Part shown: in pieces, positions 51,340 through 61,075 of the stretch
Layout: each line of letters starts with the position of its first letter
Position numbering within the stretch: the first letter of the stretch is position 1
NCBI GenBank assembly: GCA_964486485.1
Contig: CAZAMD010000003.1
Location: forward strand, 15,366 to 79,365
DNA length: 64,000 bases
Direction of reading: 5' to 3'
From: an uncultured Roseburia sp.
GTDB taxonomy: Bacteria > Bacillota > Clostridia > Lachnospirales > Lachnospiraceae
The notes under the pieces: generated by a model
Told to the model about the DNA's origin: nothing
Databases searched by the model: none
The model's input: the letters and a program-made list of their open reading frames with translations, nothing else
Translations under genes and position numbers: made by a program

Positions 51340-52671
51340 ATGAGCAAGTACACAAAACAGGATATCATGCGGATCGTAGAGGAGGAGGACGTGGAGTTTA
51401 TCCGCCTTCAGTTTACGGATATGTTCGGCACTTTAAAGAATGTGGCGATCACCTCAAGCCAGTTGGAAAAAGCCCTGGACAACGAATGCATGTTCGACGG
51501 CTCCTCCATTGAGGGGTTTGTCAGGATCGAAGAGTCGGATATGTATCTGTATCCGGATCTGGATACGTTTGTGATCTTTCCCTGGAGGCCGCAGCAGGGA
51601 AAGGTGGCAAGGATCATTTGCGATGTCTGTACATCGGATCGAAACCCCTTTGACGGGGATCCGCGTTATCTCTTAAAGCGGGCGGTGGCAGATGCGGCTA
51701 AGATGGGATACCGCTTTGACGTGGGGCCGGAATGCGAGTTTTTTCTCTTCAATCAGGATGAGAATGGACAGCCGACGACCATCACCGCGGAGCGCGCGGG
51801 ATATTTTGATTTAGGGCCGATCGATCTAGGGGAGAATGCGAGACGGGATATCGTGCTGACCTTAGAGGATCTGGGATTTGAAATAGAAAGCTCCCATCAT
51901 GAAGTGGCTCCGGCGCAGCATGAGATCGATTTCCACTATGATGAGGCCGTCAATACAGCGGATAACATCATGACCTTTAAGCTGGCTGTGAAGACCGTTG
52001 CAAAGCGGCACGGCATGTTTGCCAGCTTTATGCCGAAGCCGAAAACCGGCATCCATGGCTCTGGGATGCATATCAATATGTCCCTGTCCAAAGACGGAAA
52101 AAATATTTTTGACGATCCAGCGGGGGAACTGGGCCTTAGCAAAGAGGCATTCTGGTTTATCGGCGGCATTATCAGGCATATCAAGGGAATGGCGGTGATT
52201 ACGAATCCTCTGGTCAATTCCTACAAGCGGCTGGTGCCGGGCTATGAGGCTCCCATCTATATCGCCTGGTCTGTGACGAACCGCAGCCCCCTGATCCGCA
52301 TCCCGGTGACGAGGGGGGAGGGGACACGCGTGGAGCTCCGCAGTCCGGATTCTGCGGCAAATCCCTACCTGACGCTGGCCCTCTGCCTCCAGGCGGGCTT
52401 AGACGGCATCCGCAGCCGGATCGACCCGCCTCCGGCTGTGACGGAGAATCTCTATGAGATGCGCCGCTCTAAAAAGCATGCGCTTGGGATAGAGGAGCTT
52501 CCGGGGAATCTGGGGGAAGCGCTGGAAGCGTTTGAAAAAGACGAGTATTTAAAACAGGTATTGGGCAGCCATCTTACAGAAAAATATATCGAAGCGAAAA
52601 AAGCGGAGTGGTTCGATTATTGTTCCCAGGTGACGAGCTGGGACATAGATCACTATCTCCACAAAATTTAG
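51340..52671 (+). CDS. glnA: type I glutamine synthetase
   Basis: FDGSSIEGF, HHEVAPAQHE, FMPKP, GSGMH, YKRLVPGYEAP. Confidence 0.97.
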   Translation: MSKYTKQDIMRIVEEEDVEFIRLQFTDMFGTLKNVAITSSQLEKALDNECMFDGSSIEGFVRIEESDMYLYPDLDTFVIFPWRPQQGKVARIICDVCTSDRNPFDGDPRYLLKRAVADAAKMGYRFDVGPECEFFLFNQDENGQPTTITAERAGYFDLGPIDLGENARRDIVLTLEDLGFEIESSHHEVAPAQHEIDFHYDEAVNTADNIMTFKLAVKTVAKRHGMFASFMPKPKTGIHGSGMHINMSLSKDGKNIFDDPAGELGLSKEAFWFIGGIIRHIKGMAVITNPLVNSYKRLVPGYEAPIYIAWSVTNRSPLIRIPVTRGEGTRVELRSPDSAANPYLTLALCLQAGLDGIRSRIDPPPAVTENLYEMRRSKKHALGIEELPGNLGEALEAFEKDEYLKQVLGSHLTEKYIEAKKAEWFDYCSQVTSWDIDHYLHKI

Positions 52672-52687
52672 ATCAAAGGGACGTAGG

Positions 52688-53233
52688 TTGATTAGCGTGA
52701 TTGTTGCGTTTCCCAGGCAGGAAATCGCAAAAAACATAAAAAAGATCCTGCTGCAGAACGGATATCCCGTGAGCGCGGCCTGCACGACCGGCGCGCAGGT
52801 CCTGCAGAGCGCAAACGAGCTTGACGGGGGCATTGTCATATGCGGGTACCGTTTTGTGGACATGGCGTACACAGAGCTGTATGAATACCTGCCGCCCTGC
52901 TTTGAGATGCTGTTAGTGGCTTCTCCCGTGAAATGCGGGGAACGCGATATTGAAAACCTTGTGTGCTTAGAGACGCCGCTAAAGGTAAATGAGCTTTTGC
53001 AGACGGTGGAGATGATGGAATATACCATCCGCCGCAGGCGCAGGAGGGTAAAAAGCAGGCCGGGGGAGCGTTCCGGGGAGGAGGCTGCGGCGATCGCTGC
53101 GGCAAAAGCGGTTCTGATGGAGCGCAATGCCCTGACAGAAGAAGAGGCGCACCGCTATATGCAAAAGCGGAGCATGGATAATGGCACAGGGCTTGCGGAG
53201 ACTGCCCAGATGATCCTCAGCCTGTTTACATAA
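52688..53233 (+). CDS. ANTAR-domain antiterminator with pseudo-receiver (NitR-like)
   Basis: AKAVLMERNALTEEEAHRYMQKRSM ANTAR; receiver lacks acidic pocket and phospho-Asp. Confidence 0.87.
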   Translation: MISVIVAFPRQEIAKNIKKILLQNGYPVSAACTTGAQVLQSANELDGGIVICGYRFVDMAYTELYEYLPPCFEMLLVASPVKCGERDIENLVCLETPLKVNELLQTVEMMEYTIRRRRRRVKSRPGERSGEEAAAIAAAKAVLMERNALTEEEAHRYMQKRSMDNGTGLAETAQMILSLFT

Positions 53234-53450
53234 TAAAATCCCCATGCGCTCTGGAAACCCTGCGGCAGACGCGAGAGCCTGTCCGGGGCGCCGCTGTTTT
53301 TGATTCCCGGTAAACAAAAAACGCTTGCGGCGCGGCCGCCGCAATGTTATACTGTATCACGCATTAAGATATTGCGGAGGAACGGTAAAAACCAACAATC
53401 GGAGAGCGCGCCGCAAAGCCTGGCTGTCCGAAAAGAATAAGGAGAACGTT

Positions 53451-54665
53451 ATGTTTAAAATCAATGAGAATTATCAAAAGCTCCCGGGGAGCTATCTTTT
53501 CAGCACCATTGCCAAAAAGGTCAATGCGTATTGCGCCGCCGATCCCCAAAAACAGATCATCCGCCTGGGGATCGGGGACGTGACCCAGCCGCTCGCCCCG
53601 GCCATCATCGAGGCCATGCATCAGGCGGTAGATGAGATGGGGCATGCGGAGACATTTCGCGGCTATGCCCCGGATTTAGGATATGAGTTTCTGAGGAATG
53701 CCATTGTCAGAAACGATTATGAGCCAAGGGGCTGTGATATCGCCGCGGACGAGATTTTTGTCTCCGACGGGGCAAAGAGCGATTCGGCCAATATCCAGGA
53801 GCTGTTTGATGTGGACAATCGGATTGCGGTCTGCGACCCGGTTTATCCGGTTTATGTGGATTCCAATGTGATGTCGGGAAGGACCGGCACTTACGATGCC
53901 GCCACTGAGATGTGGAGCGATGTGATCTACATGCCATGCACCATGGAAAATGGGTTTGTGCCGGAATTTCCGAAAGAGACGCCGGATCTCATCTACTTAT
54001 GCCTGCCGAACAATCCGACCGGAACGACCATTACCAAAGAACAGCTGCAGGCATGGGTGGATTATGCGAATAAGATAGGGGCAGTCATCATTTATGACGC
54101 GGCTTATGAGGCGTACATCTCTGAGAGCGATGTGGCGCATTCCATCTATGAATGTGAAGGCGCTAAGGCCTGCGCCATTGAGCTGAAGAGTTTTTCTAAA
54201 AATGCCGGATTTACCGGCGTGCGCCTTGGATATACGGTGGTTCCCAAAGAATTGAAATGCGGGGAGATATCCTTAAATGCCATGTGGGCAAGGCGTCACG
54301 GAACCAAATTCAACGGCGCTCCCTATATCGTGCAGCGCGCGGGCGAGGCGGTCTATTCAGAGGAAGGAAAGGCTCAGCTAAAGGATCAGGTGGCTTATTA
54401 TATGAGAAATGCGTCCGCCATCAAAACCGGCTTAAAGGACGCGGGATATACCGTATTCGGCGGCGTCAATGCGCCGTATATCTGGCTGAAGACGCCGGAT
54501 AAAATGACGTCCTGGGAATTTTTTGACTATCTTCTGGAGAATGCCAATGTGGTAGGGACGCCGGGATCCGGTTTTGGACCGAGCGGAGAGGGATACTTCC
54601 GGCTGACGGCATTCGGCACTTATGAGAACACGGCGGCGGCAGTAGAGCGGATCAAAAAGCTTTAG
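53451..54665 (+). CDS. dapL: LL-diaminopimelate aminotransferase
   Basis: SYLFSTI, LGIGDVT, SDGAK, PNNPTG, SFSKNAGFTGVR. Confidence 0.96.
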   Translation: MFKINENYQKLPGSYLFSTIAKKVNAYCAADPQKQIIRLGIGDVTQPLAPAIIEAMHQAVDEMGHAETFRGYAPDLGYEFLRNAIVRNDYEPRGCDIAADEIFVSDGAKSDSANIQELFDVDNRIAVCDPVYPVYVDSNVMSGRTGTYDAATEMWSDVIYMPCTMENGFVPEFPKETPDLIYLCLPNNPTGTTITKEQLQAWVDYANKIGAVIIYDAAYEAYISESDVAHSIYECEGAKACAIELKSFSKNAGFTGVRLGYTVVPKELKCGEISLNAMWARRHGTKFNGAPYIVQRAGEAVYSEEGKAQLKDQVAYYMRNASAIKTGLKDAGYTVFGGVNAPYIWLKTPDKMTSWEFFDYLLENANVVGTPGSGFGPSGEGYFRLTAFGTYENTAAAVERIKKL

Positions 54666-54674
54666 ATAAGACGG

Positions 54675-54705
54675 CGGGGCTTTGCGCGGCAGCGGAAGCC
54701 CCGTT
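54675..54705. terminator. hairpin after dapL
   Basis: CGGGGCTT...AAGCCCCG stem between convergent genes; short U-tract. Confidence 0.5.
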
Positions 54706-54818
54706 AAAAGTTCCATGAAAAGTTCCATGAAAAGTTCTATGAAAAATTCCATGAAAAATTCCATGAAAAGTTCCATGAAAAGTTCCATGAAAAGTTCTAT
54801 GAAAAATTTCATGAAAAG
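54706..54818 (+). repeat. 12-bp VNTR, 9 units of AAAA(G/A)TT(C/T)(C/T)ATG
   Basis: Direct reading; variant pattern repeats with 60-bp higher-order period. Confidence 0.95.
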
Positions 54819-54827
54819 CAGATTCCT

Positions 54828-55901
54828 TTAGGGAACCTCGGTATCAGAGGCGGCGCTGATTTCGGTGATCTGCGCGTGTTCTTCGAGAAAATCGAGCACC
54901 TTGTCCTCCTGGATCCACTCAAACAGGGTATCTTCTCCGTAATCGTCGATCATTTTGCTGGAGTTTTCATAGCCGTTTTCCGTCCGGTAACGCTCAAGAC
55001 CCTCTTCGTATTCCTCGTCAGTCAAAGCGAGCCGCTCCTTTTCGCAGATGGCGTGGACGGCGATGGCGCGGTAAACATGATTCAGGATTTCCTGTTCTAC
55101 GTCCTCTTCGGTCATTCCAAACAGATCATATGCCTCCGCTGCCGACCCTAAGCCGAACATGTCCGCGTAATTTTGATAGGTTTCTTCCACGGCGGCGGCA
55201 TAGCTGTCATACAGGTCCTGCGAATAGCTTTCAAAATCAGAGCCGTCGATCACCTGCTGGATCAGGTTTTCCCGAACCTCATAGGAGCTGCTGGAATCAT
55301 TTTCTTTTTGAAGCGTTTTCCGAACGTCTTCTTCCATGGCGCTCTCCGATTCATAGCCAAGGGTATTTACGATGAAATCTTCTGTCAGCTCGGGCAGAAC
55401 CTCTTCCGTGATGCCGTAAACGGTGATCTCATAATCAATGGCGGAACCGGCAAGATCGGTATCCTCGTAATCCTCCTCGTAAATGATCTGGAAAGATAGC
55501 GTGTCGCCGACAGAAACTCCGGTCAGTTTTTCGTCAAATTCACTGCCAAATTCTTCTGTGCCAAGGGAAATGCCATAGCGGTCATCTCCCGTGTAAGAAA
55601 ACAGGATCTCTCCATCTTTAGAGGCGGTGAGATCCGCCGTCACAGTGTCTCCGTCCTTCGACGGCCCCTCTGTCTCGTTGTATTGCGCGTATTCATACAG
55701 CAGGGATTCGATTTCCGATTGGACGGCTTCTTCTGTCACAGAATAGATCTTTTTTTGGGCGGACAGATTCTGGTAATCGCACAAAGTGACAGTGCCGTAA
55801 TCTTTGTCGGAATACGAGGTCCCGCTGCCGCCGGCGGATTGACAGGCGGATAGCATAAGGGGGACAACAGTTAGCAGGATGCATAATCGTGTTTGTTTCA
55901 T
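54828..55901 (-). CDS. trigger-factor-like lipoprotein (FKBP + TF C-terminal domain)
   Basis: Lipobox LSAC; GDTVTAD, EFDEKLTG, DLAG, LPELTEDF; lacks GFRxGK ribosome-binding motif. Confidence 0.8.
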   Translation of the reverse strand: MKQTRLCILLTVVPLMLSACQSAGGSGTSYSDKDYGTVTLCDYQNLSAQKKIYSVTEEAVQSEIESLLYEYAQYNETEGPSKDGDTVTADLTASKDGEILFSYTGDDRYGISLGTEEFGSEFDEKLTGVSVGDTLSFQIIYEEDYEDTDLAGSAIDYEITVYGITEEVLPELTEDFIVNTLGYESESAMEEDVRKTLQKENDSSSSYEVRENLIQQVIDGSDFESYSQDLYDSYAAAVEETYQNYADMFGLGSAAEAYDLFGMTEEDVEQEILNHVYRAIAVHAICEKERLALTDEEYEEGLERYRTENGYENSSKMIDDYGEDTLFEWIQEDKVLDFLEEHAQITEISAASDTEVP

Positions 55902-55904
55902 TTG

Positions 55905-55943
55905 TTTCTCCCATTCTGCCGCCATCGTGCGCCTTTCCGTGGA
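55905..55943 (-). repeat. RBS-containing dispersed motif, copy 4 (diverged)
   Basis: Minus strand TCCACGGAAAGGCGCACGATGGCGGCAGAATGGGAGAAA directly before ATG 55901. Confidence 0.7.
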
Positions 55944-56315
55944 AAGGGCTTTGCGCGGCTGATCTTAAAAAAGCTGATGAACTATCCTTTATGGTAAAGG
56001 AAAAATGGGAAAAGTCAATGAGAAATTTTCCGGCGCCGCGATTTCCGGATCCGGCGGGCGGAGCGGAAATGCCGCCTGCGGTTTTGCCCGGGCACAGCCT
56101 TAAGAGGCGGGCAGTGCAAGGGATCGGATAAAGGCGTTATATACACAATATGGTAAAAGAGGATAAAAATTGTGAAAATTATTTGTCTTTGTATTGACGA
56201 GTGCGAATAATTTGTGGCATAATATAGTCTGTGAGAAGGAAATGGAGCTGCAGCCCATGAATGTCACTAGGTAAATAGCAAAAACTATGATAAGCGCAGA
56301 AAGGAGAAAGGACTT

Positions 56316-56777
56316 ATGTTGAGACCTATTTCAAACTCTTTGAGCAGTGATTGGGGAGATAGCCTGTTTGATGATTTGTTTGATAGTTTTGCAAGTCCGG
56401 TGAGGAGCAGATTGGGGTATCACCCGACAGAGACAGGCATCATGAGAACGGATGTAAAGGAAAATGATGACAGCTATGAGCTGGATATTGACCTTCCGGG
56501 TTATAAGAAAGAGGATGTCAAGGCGGAATTGAAAGACGGTTATCTGACCATCCGTGCGGAAACCAAGACGGACAATGATAAAAAAGAGGCGGACGGAACC
56601 TATATCCGCCGCGAGAGGTATTATGGGACCTGCAGCAGGACCTTCTATGTGGGGGACGACCTTACCATAGAGGATATCAAGGCAAAATTTGAGAACGGCA
56701 TCCTCAAGGTGTCCGTTCCCAAAAAGGAGCAGAAGACTGCAGTCGAAGAAGGCAAATACGTTACGATTGAGGGATGA
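56316..56777 (+). CDS. Hsp20/alpha-crystallin small heat-shock protein
   Basis: MRTDVKE, DLPGYKKED, RRERYYG, AKFENGIL. Confidence 0.94.
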   Translation: MLRPISNSLSSDWGDSLFDDLFDSFASPVRSRLGYHPTETGIMRTDVKENDDSYELDIDLPGYKKEDVKAELKDGYLTIRAETKTDNDKKEADGTYIRRERYYGTCSRTFYVGDDLTIEDIKAKFENGILKVSVPKKEQKTAVEEGKYVTIEG

Positions 56778-57116
56778 TCAGAGGATTTTCCTGCCGAACA
56801 GATTTGCGGGACAGGAGTCATCCGGATGCCGCGCCCTGCGCGCCGTCCGAATGCCTTCAGGTCAGCTGGCCGGAGCAGTGCGCGAAGCGATGCGCGCGCT
56901 GCTCCGGTTTCGTGCGTGCGCTTGCTCTGCGCACTGCCCTCCCCGGAAGCGGGTTTTAGGAGCGCGCGGGAACGCTGCCGTAAAAAAGAAAAAAGAAAAA
57001 GAAAAAAGAATCGGGAAAAACGATCTGTTTTATGATTGAGATACTAAGGCAAATCTGGTATGATAAAGCCATATAGCCAAAGGCTGGGAAATCTGTCTGT
57101 CAGGCGCAGCCGCCTT

Positions 57117-57156
57117 TTTACGGAAAGGCCGCCTGATGGCGGGAGAATGGGAGGAA
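57117..57156 (+). repeat. 40-bp RBS-containing dispersed motif, copy 3
   Basis: TTTACGGAAAGGCCGCCTGATGGCGGGAGAATGGGAGGAA. Confidence 0.82.
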
Positions 57157-57158
57157 TT

Positions 57159-57551
57159 ATGTTAGAGACAGGAATCACAGGCCAGATCAGCATCATGGTA
57201 GAAGAGGGCGATACGGCGCGGGCCATCAAGAGCGGTACCCTGCGGGTATTTGCCACTCCGGCAATGTGCGCCTTGATCGAAGAGACGGCATGGAAAAGCG
57301 TGGCTCCGGAACTGGAAGAAGGAGCTGTGACCGTGGGGACCAGTTTAAACATCCGCCATCTGTCCGCAACGCCGGTGGGGATGAAAGTGACCTGCAATAC
57401 GACCCTGGTGGAAGTGGATGGGAGGCGCCTTGTATTTTCCGTGGCGGTGGAAGATGAGGCGGGGAAAATCGGCGCGGGGATCCATGAGCGCTATATCGTC
57501 CGGTCTGATTCTTTCCAGAAAAAAGCGGAATCTAAATCGGAAAAGCAGTGA
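57159..57551 (+). CDS. FlK-like hotdog thioesterase
   Basis: SGTLRVFATPAMCALIE, TVGT, HLSATPVG, GIHERY. Confidence 0.88.
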   Translation: MLETGITGQISIMVEEGDTARAIKSGTLRVFATPAMCALIEETAWKSVAPELEEGAVTVGTSLNIRHLSATPVGMKVTCNTTLVEVDGRRLVFSVAVEDEAGKIGAGIHERYIVRSDSFQKKAESKSEKQ

Positions 57552-57614
57552 GTACATAAAATAGCTGCATAGGCATAGGATAAAGCAGAATGCAGGAATC
57601 GTGAGGAAGATGCG

Positions 57615-58391
57615 TTGAAGATAGCGATAGGGTTACTCATACCGTTTTTGGGAACAACATTAGGCTCGGCCTGTGTCTTTTTCATAAAAAATGAATTGAA
57701 TGTCTTGGTGCAGAAAGCGTTGCTGGGATTTGCCTCCGGCGTGATGGTGGCGGCTTCCGTGTGGTCGCTGCTGATACCGGCCATCGACATGTCGGAAGAG
57801 ATGGGAAGGCTTGCTTTCTTTCCCGCGGCGGCGGGGTTTTCCCTGGGAATGGCGTTCCTGCTTGCCATGGATAAGCTGATACCGCATCTTCATCTTCATG
57901 AGGAGCGGCCGGAAGGGCTTCCCAGCCAGCTAAAAAAAACAACCATGCTGGTACTAGCAGTGACCCTGCACAACATTCCTGAGGGAATGGCAGTGGGAGT
58001 CGTATTTGCCGGACTGCTGTCCGGCAGCGGTGAGATCACCCTTGCCGGAGCCATCGCCCTTTCCATAGGAATCGCCATTCAGAACTTTCCAGAGGGAGCC
58101 ATCATATCGCTTCCTCTAAAAAGCGAGGGCTGCAGCCGGAGGACGTCTTTTTTTTACGGGATGGCGTCCGGGGTGGTGGAGCCGGCAGCGGCGGTGGCAA
58201 CGATGCTGCTGACAGGGATCATAATGCCATGCCTGCCGTATCTTCTGGCTTTTGCGGCGGGCGCTATGCTGTATGTGGTAGTGGAAGAACTGCTGCCGGA
58301 GGCTTCAAAAGGCGAGCATACCAACATCGGCACCATCGGATTTGCCGCCGGATTTTTGCTTATGATGATATTAGATGTGGCGTTGGGCTAA
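57615..58391 (+). CDS. ZIP family metal (Zn) transporter
   Basis: GFASGVM, HNIPEG, QNFPEG, AAGAMLYVVVEEL. Confidence 0.93.
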   Translation: MKIAIGLLIPFLGTTLGSACVFFIKNELNVLVQKALLGFASGVMVAASVWSLLIPAIDMSEEMGRLAFFPAAAGFSLGMAFLLAMDKLIPHLHLHEERPEGLPSQLKKTTMLVLAVTLHNIPEGMAVGVVFAGLLSGSGEITLAGAIALSIGIAIQNFPEGAIISLPLKSEGCSRRTSFFYGMASGVVEPAAAVATMLLTGIIMPCLPYLLAFAAGAMLYVVVEELLPEASKGEHTNIGTIGFAAGFLLMMILDVALG

Positions 58392-58475
58392 GCCCCTGCC
58401 ATCTGCGGCGGGAGAAACGGGGAGTGTGAAAATCCCGTGCTCCCGGACGCGAACATTCTCGGAATGGAGGGGATT

Positions 58476-59243
58476 ATGGAGAAAGCTTCCGTTTTCTGTA
58501 TGGGGATCGGCATCCTGCTGCTGTTTTTGTTCACGGCGCCTCTTTTTTCAAACGGCAAGGTGAATATCGGCACAGTCACGGGCGTTCTGCTCTCCCTCGC
58601 TTTTCTGCTTTATGGCCGTTTCATGCCGGCCGTTCATGAAGCGTGGGATAAGGCGTTCCAGACGGCGGGGGGAAGGCTGCTGCTGTCCGCCGTAACAGGG
58701 CTGGCGCTGCTGGTTCTTGTCACCGCGGCGTGGGAGACCGCGCTTATGGTGAGAGCGGCAAGGAACAAGCCGCCGGAAAACACCACAGCGGTGGTATTGG
58801 GATGTAGCGTCAAGGGCAGGAAGCCCAGCCGCATATTGCGGGAGCGGTTAGAGGCGGCTTATGCTTATCTGACGGAGAACCCCGGGGCATGCGCCGTTTT
58901 ATCCGGCGGCAGGGGGAGAGGGGAAGAGATCTCTGAGGCAGAGTGCATGTTTGCGTACCTGACGGCGAAGGGCATCGACCAGGGCAGGCTCTTTCTCGAG
59001 GATGCCTCATCGACCACCAGGGAAAACCTCATGTTTTCCAGGGAGATCCTGCGGCAGAAAGGATTGGGGGACCGCATTGCGATCATCACCAGTGAATTTC
59101 ATGCGTACCGCGCCGGTGAGATGGCGGGGAAACTGGGTCTGGAGAGCTACAGTGCGCCGTCCCGCACCTGCCTCCTCTATCTCCCGACCTATTATGTGCG
59201 GGAATTATATGGAATTTTATATTATGGGATCAGACAGTCATAG
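58476..59243 (+). CDS. YdcF/DUF218 family membrane protein
   Basis: VVLG, SGGRG, SEA, STTREN, TSEFHAYRA, YVRE. Confidence 0.88.
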   Translation: MEKASVFCMGIGILLLFLFTAPLFSNGKVNIGTVTGVLLSLAFLLYGRFMPAVHEAWDKAFQTAGGRLLLSAVTGLALLVLVTAAWETALMVRAARNKPPENTTAVVLGCSVKGRKPSRILRERLEAAYAYLTENPGACAVLSGGRGRGEEISEAECMFAYLTAKGIDQGRLFLEDASSTTRENLMFSREILRQKGLGDRIAIITSEFHAYRAGEMAGKLGLESYSAPSRTCLLYLPTYYVRELYGILYYGIRQS

Positions 59244-59253
59244 GAGGTTTGGA

Positions 59254-59889
59254 ATGCCGGGAAAGTACTATGCGGTAAGGGCGGGGAGGACGCCGGGGAT
59301 TTATGACAGCTGGGAGGATTGCAGAAAAACGGTGGAGGGGTTTCCAGGAGCCGTGTATAAGAGCTTTCCAACGCTGGAGGAGGCAGAGGCATTCCTAAAC
59401 GCTTCCTCCCGGGCGATGGAGCGGGAGAGTGCAGGGGAGCGGAGCAAAGCGGTGCCGGAAGAGAGGCAGAAAGGGCCATATGCCTTTGTGGACGGTTCGT
59501 TTCATGCGGCGGCAAACGTATACGGCTATGGAGGCTTCCTGGTGCATGACGGGAAAAAGGAAGTATTGCAGGGGGCGGGAGCGGAGCCGGAGATGGCGTC
59601 CATGCGGAATGTGGCGGGAGAAGTGCTTGGCAGCATGGCGGCCATAGAAAGGGCATTGGAACTCGGTTTAAAGGAACTGACCATCTACTATGATTACCTG
59701 GGGGTTGAAATGTGGGCGACGGGAGCATGGAAGCGCAATAAGGCGGGGACGGCTGCCTACCACGATTATGTCAGTTCCGTAAAAGACCGGATAAAGCTGC
59801 GCTTTGTGAAAGTAAAGGGGCATTCCGGCGTGGAGGGGAATGAGGAGGCCGACCGGCTTGCGAAAGAAGCGGCGGGCATCTTGGCGTAA
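59254..59889 (+). CDS. rnhA: ribonuclease HI with N-terminal hybrid-binding (viroplasmin-like) domain
   Basis: YYAVRAGRTPGIYDSW, FVDGS, RNVAGE, KVKGHSG, NEEADRLAK. Confidence 0.9.
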   Translation: MPGKYYAVRAGRTPGIYDSWEDCRKTVEGFPGAVYKSFPTLEEAEAFLNASSRAMERESAGERSKAVPEERQKGPYAFVDGSFHAAANVYGYGGFLVHDGKKEVLQGAGAEPEMASMRNVAGEVLGSMAAIERALELGLKELTIYYDYLGVEMWATGAWKRNKAGTAAYHDYVSSVKDRIKLRFVKVKGHSGVEGNEEADRLAKEAAGILA

Positions 59890-59998
59890 GGCGGGGCAAA
59901 GAAAAAGAGAAATCAAAGCCGCGGATAAATGGATGGCGGCTCAAACCTCTCTTTTTTCCCGGGAATGTTCCGGTTGTCATACATGTTTGCAATTGCGA

Positions 59999-60208
59999 CT
60001 AAGCAGTGGCATCAAATCCGTTTGATGCATCCTCAGATTTCACATTCGACATAGCCTCTAAAATCGCCGCAAAGGAACTGGCACTCTGCCTGGAATGGCT
60101 GCTTGAGTCTCGATGCTGTGGTGTAACCCGGCTAGGCTGGGTCACAGGATCTACGGGCTGCAGTAAAGAAACAGATTTTGCATAGTTTACATAGGTTGCG
60201 GTAATCAT
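59999..60208 (-). CDS. small hypothetical protein, possibly sigma28-regulated
   Basis: 69 aa ending SFAAIL...GFDATA; upstream CCGATAT; RBS abuts ATG (atypical). Confidence 0.4.
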   Translation of the reverse strand: MITATYVNYAKSVSLLQPVDPVTQPSRVTPQHRDSSSHSRQSASSFAAILEAMSNVKSEDASNGFDATA

Positions 60209-60463
60209 CCTCCTTGATAAAAACGCTCAAAATTTTGTGGAAATAAATCTTTGTTCCCTTGCTATCTTATATATCGGTTGAAAAACCGCGAAAATGAACC
60301 TGATCCAGAGAGATTTTTCAGACAGCTGCCTGTGCCGGGAACGTCGCGGCGGATCCTTTTTCTGGCAGGGGAAGCCGCGTCCGAGGACGGGCGCACAGCT
60401 GTTTTCACAGATTTGCCGCTCTTGCGGTTTTGGAACGGACACGTTTCCGGAAGGGAGGTTGCT

Positions 60464-60985
60464 ATGAATTATGCGGAAATAAAACCATGTTCCATCGAAA
60501 ATGGGACAGGCGTGAGAGTCGCTTTGTTTGTATCTGGCTGTACCCACCGCTGCAGGGAATGCTTTAATCCAGAGACGTGGGATTTTTCTTACGGGAAGCC
60601 CTTTACGGAAGAGACAGAAACAGAATTGCTAGACGCGTTAGCGCCGTCCTATATCGCGGGGCTGACGCTGCTTGGGGGAGATCCGGGAGAACCGGAAAAC
60701 CAAAAGGCGCTGCTGCCTTTTTTGTATGAATTAAAAAGAAGGATGCCGGAGAAAAGCATATGGACGTATACCGGATATCTCTATGAAGATTTCCTGCCGG
60801 GGGGAAGGGCGTTTTCGGAAGTATCGGAGGAATTTTTACGGCTGACGGACGTACTGGTGGACGGACCCTTCCTTTTAGAGCAGAAGGATATTACCTTAAA
60901 ATTCAGGGGATCGGCGAATCAGCGCGTGATCGATGTCAAGGCGTCTTTTGCGAAGGGAGAGATTGCGCTGGCAGCGGAATCATAA
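60464..60985 (+). CDS. nrdG: anaerobic ribonucleoside-triphosphate reductase activating protein
   Basis: NGTGVRVALFVSGCTHRCRECFN radical SAM; LVDG; FRGSANQR. Confidence 0.93.
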   Translation: MNYAEIKPCSIENGTGVRVALFVSGCTHRCRECFNPETWDFSYGKPFTEETETELLDALAPSYIAGLTLLGGDPGEPENQKALLPFLYELKRRMPEKSIWTYTGYLYEDFLPGGRAFSEVSEEFLRLTDVLVDGPFLLEQKDITLKFRGSANQRVIDVKASFAKGEIALAAES

Positions 60986-61075
60986 AAAATCAGACAGATT
61001 TTATGCACGCGGCCACGGGAATGTGATATGATAGAGATAAAGCTTTTACAGGCGGATAGAAGAAAGGAGCGGGCA

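Noticed and set aside
54432-54812. Minus-strand ORF with (FMEL)n repeats, and repeat-derived ORFs at 10059-10483
   Set aside because: These are translations of tandem DNA repeats, antisense to or between real genes, without clear RBS.
56190-56225. CIRCE element upstream of hsp20
   Set aside because: Only an imperfect right half (GAGTGCGAA) is present, with no TTAGCACTC left arm; it overlaps a plain sigmaA promoter candidate.
60464-60985. nrdG without adjacent nrdD as a novel radical SAM system
   Set aside because: The sequence is typical NrdG; nrdD can be encoded elsewhere and cannot be assessed from this window.
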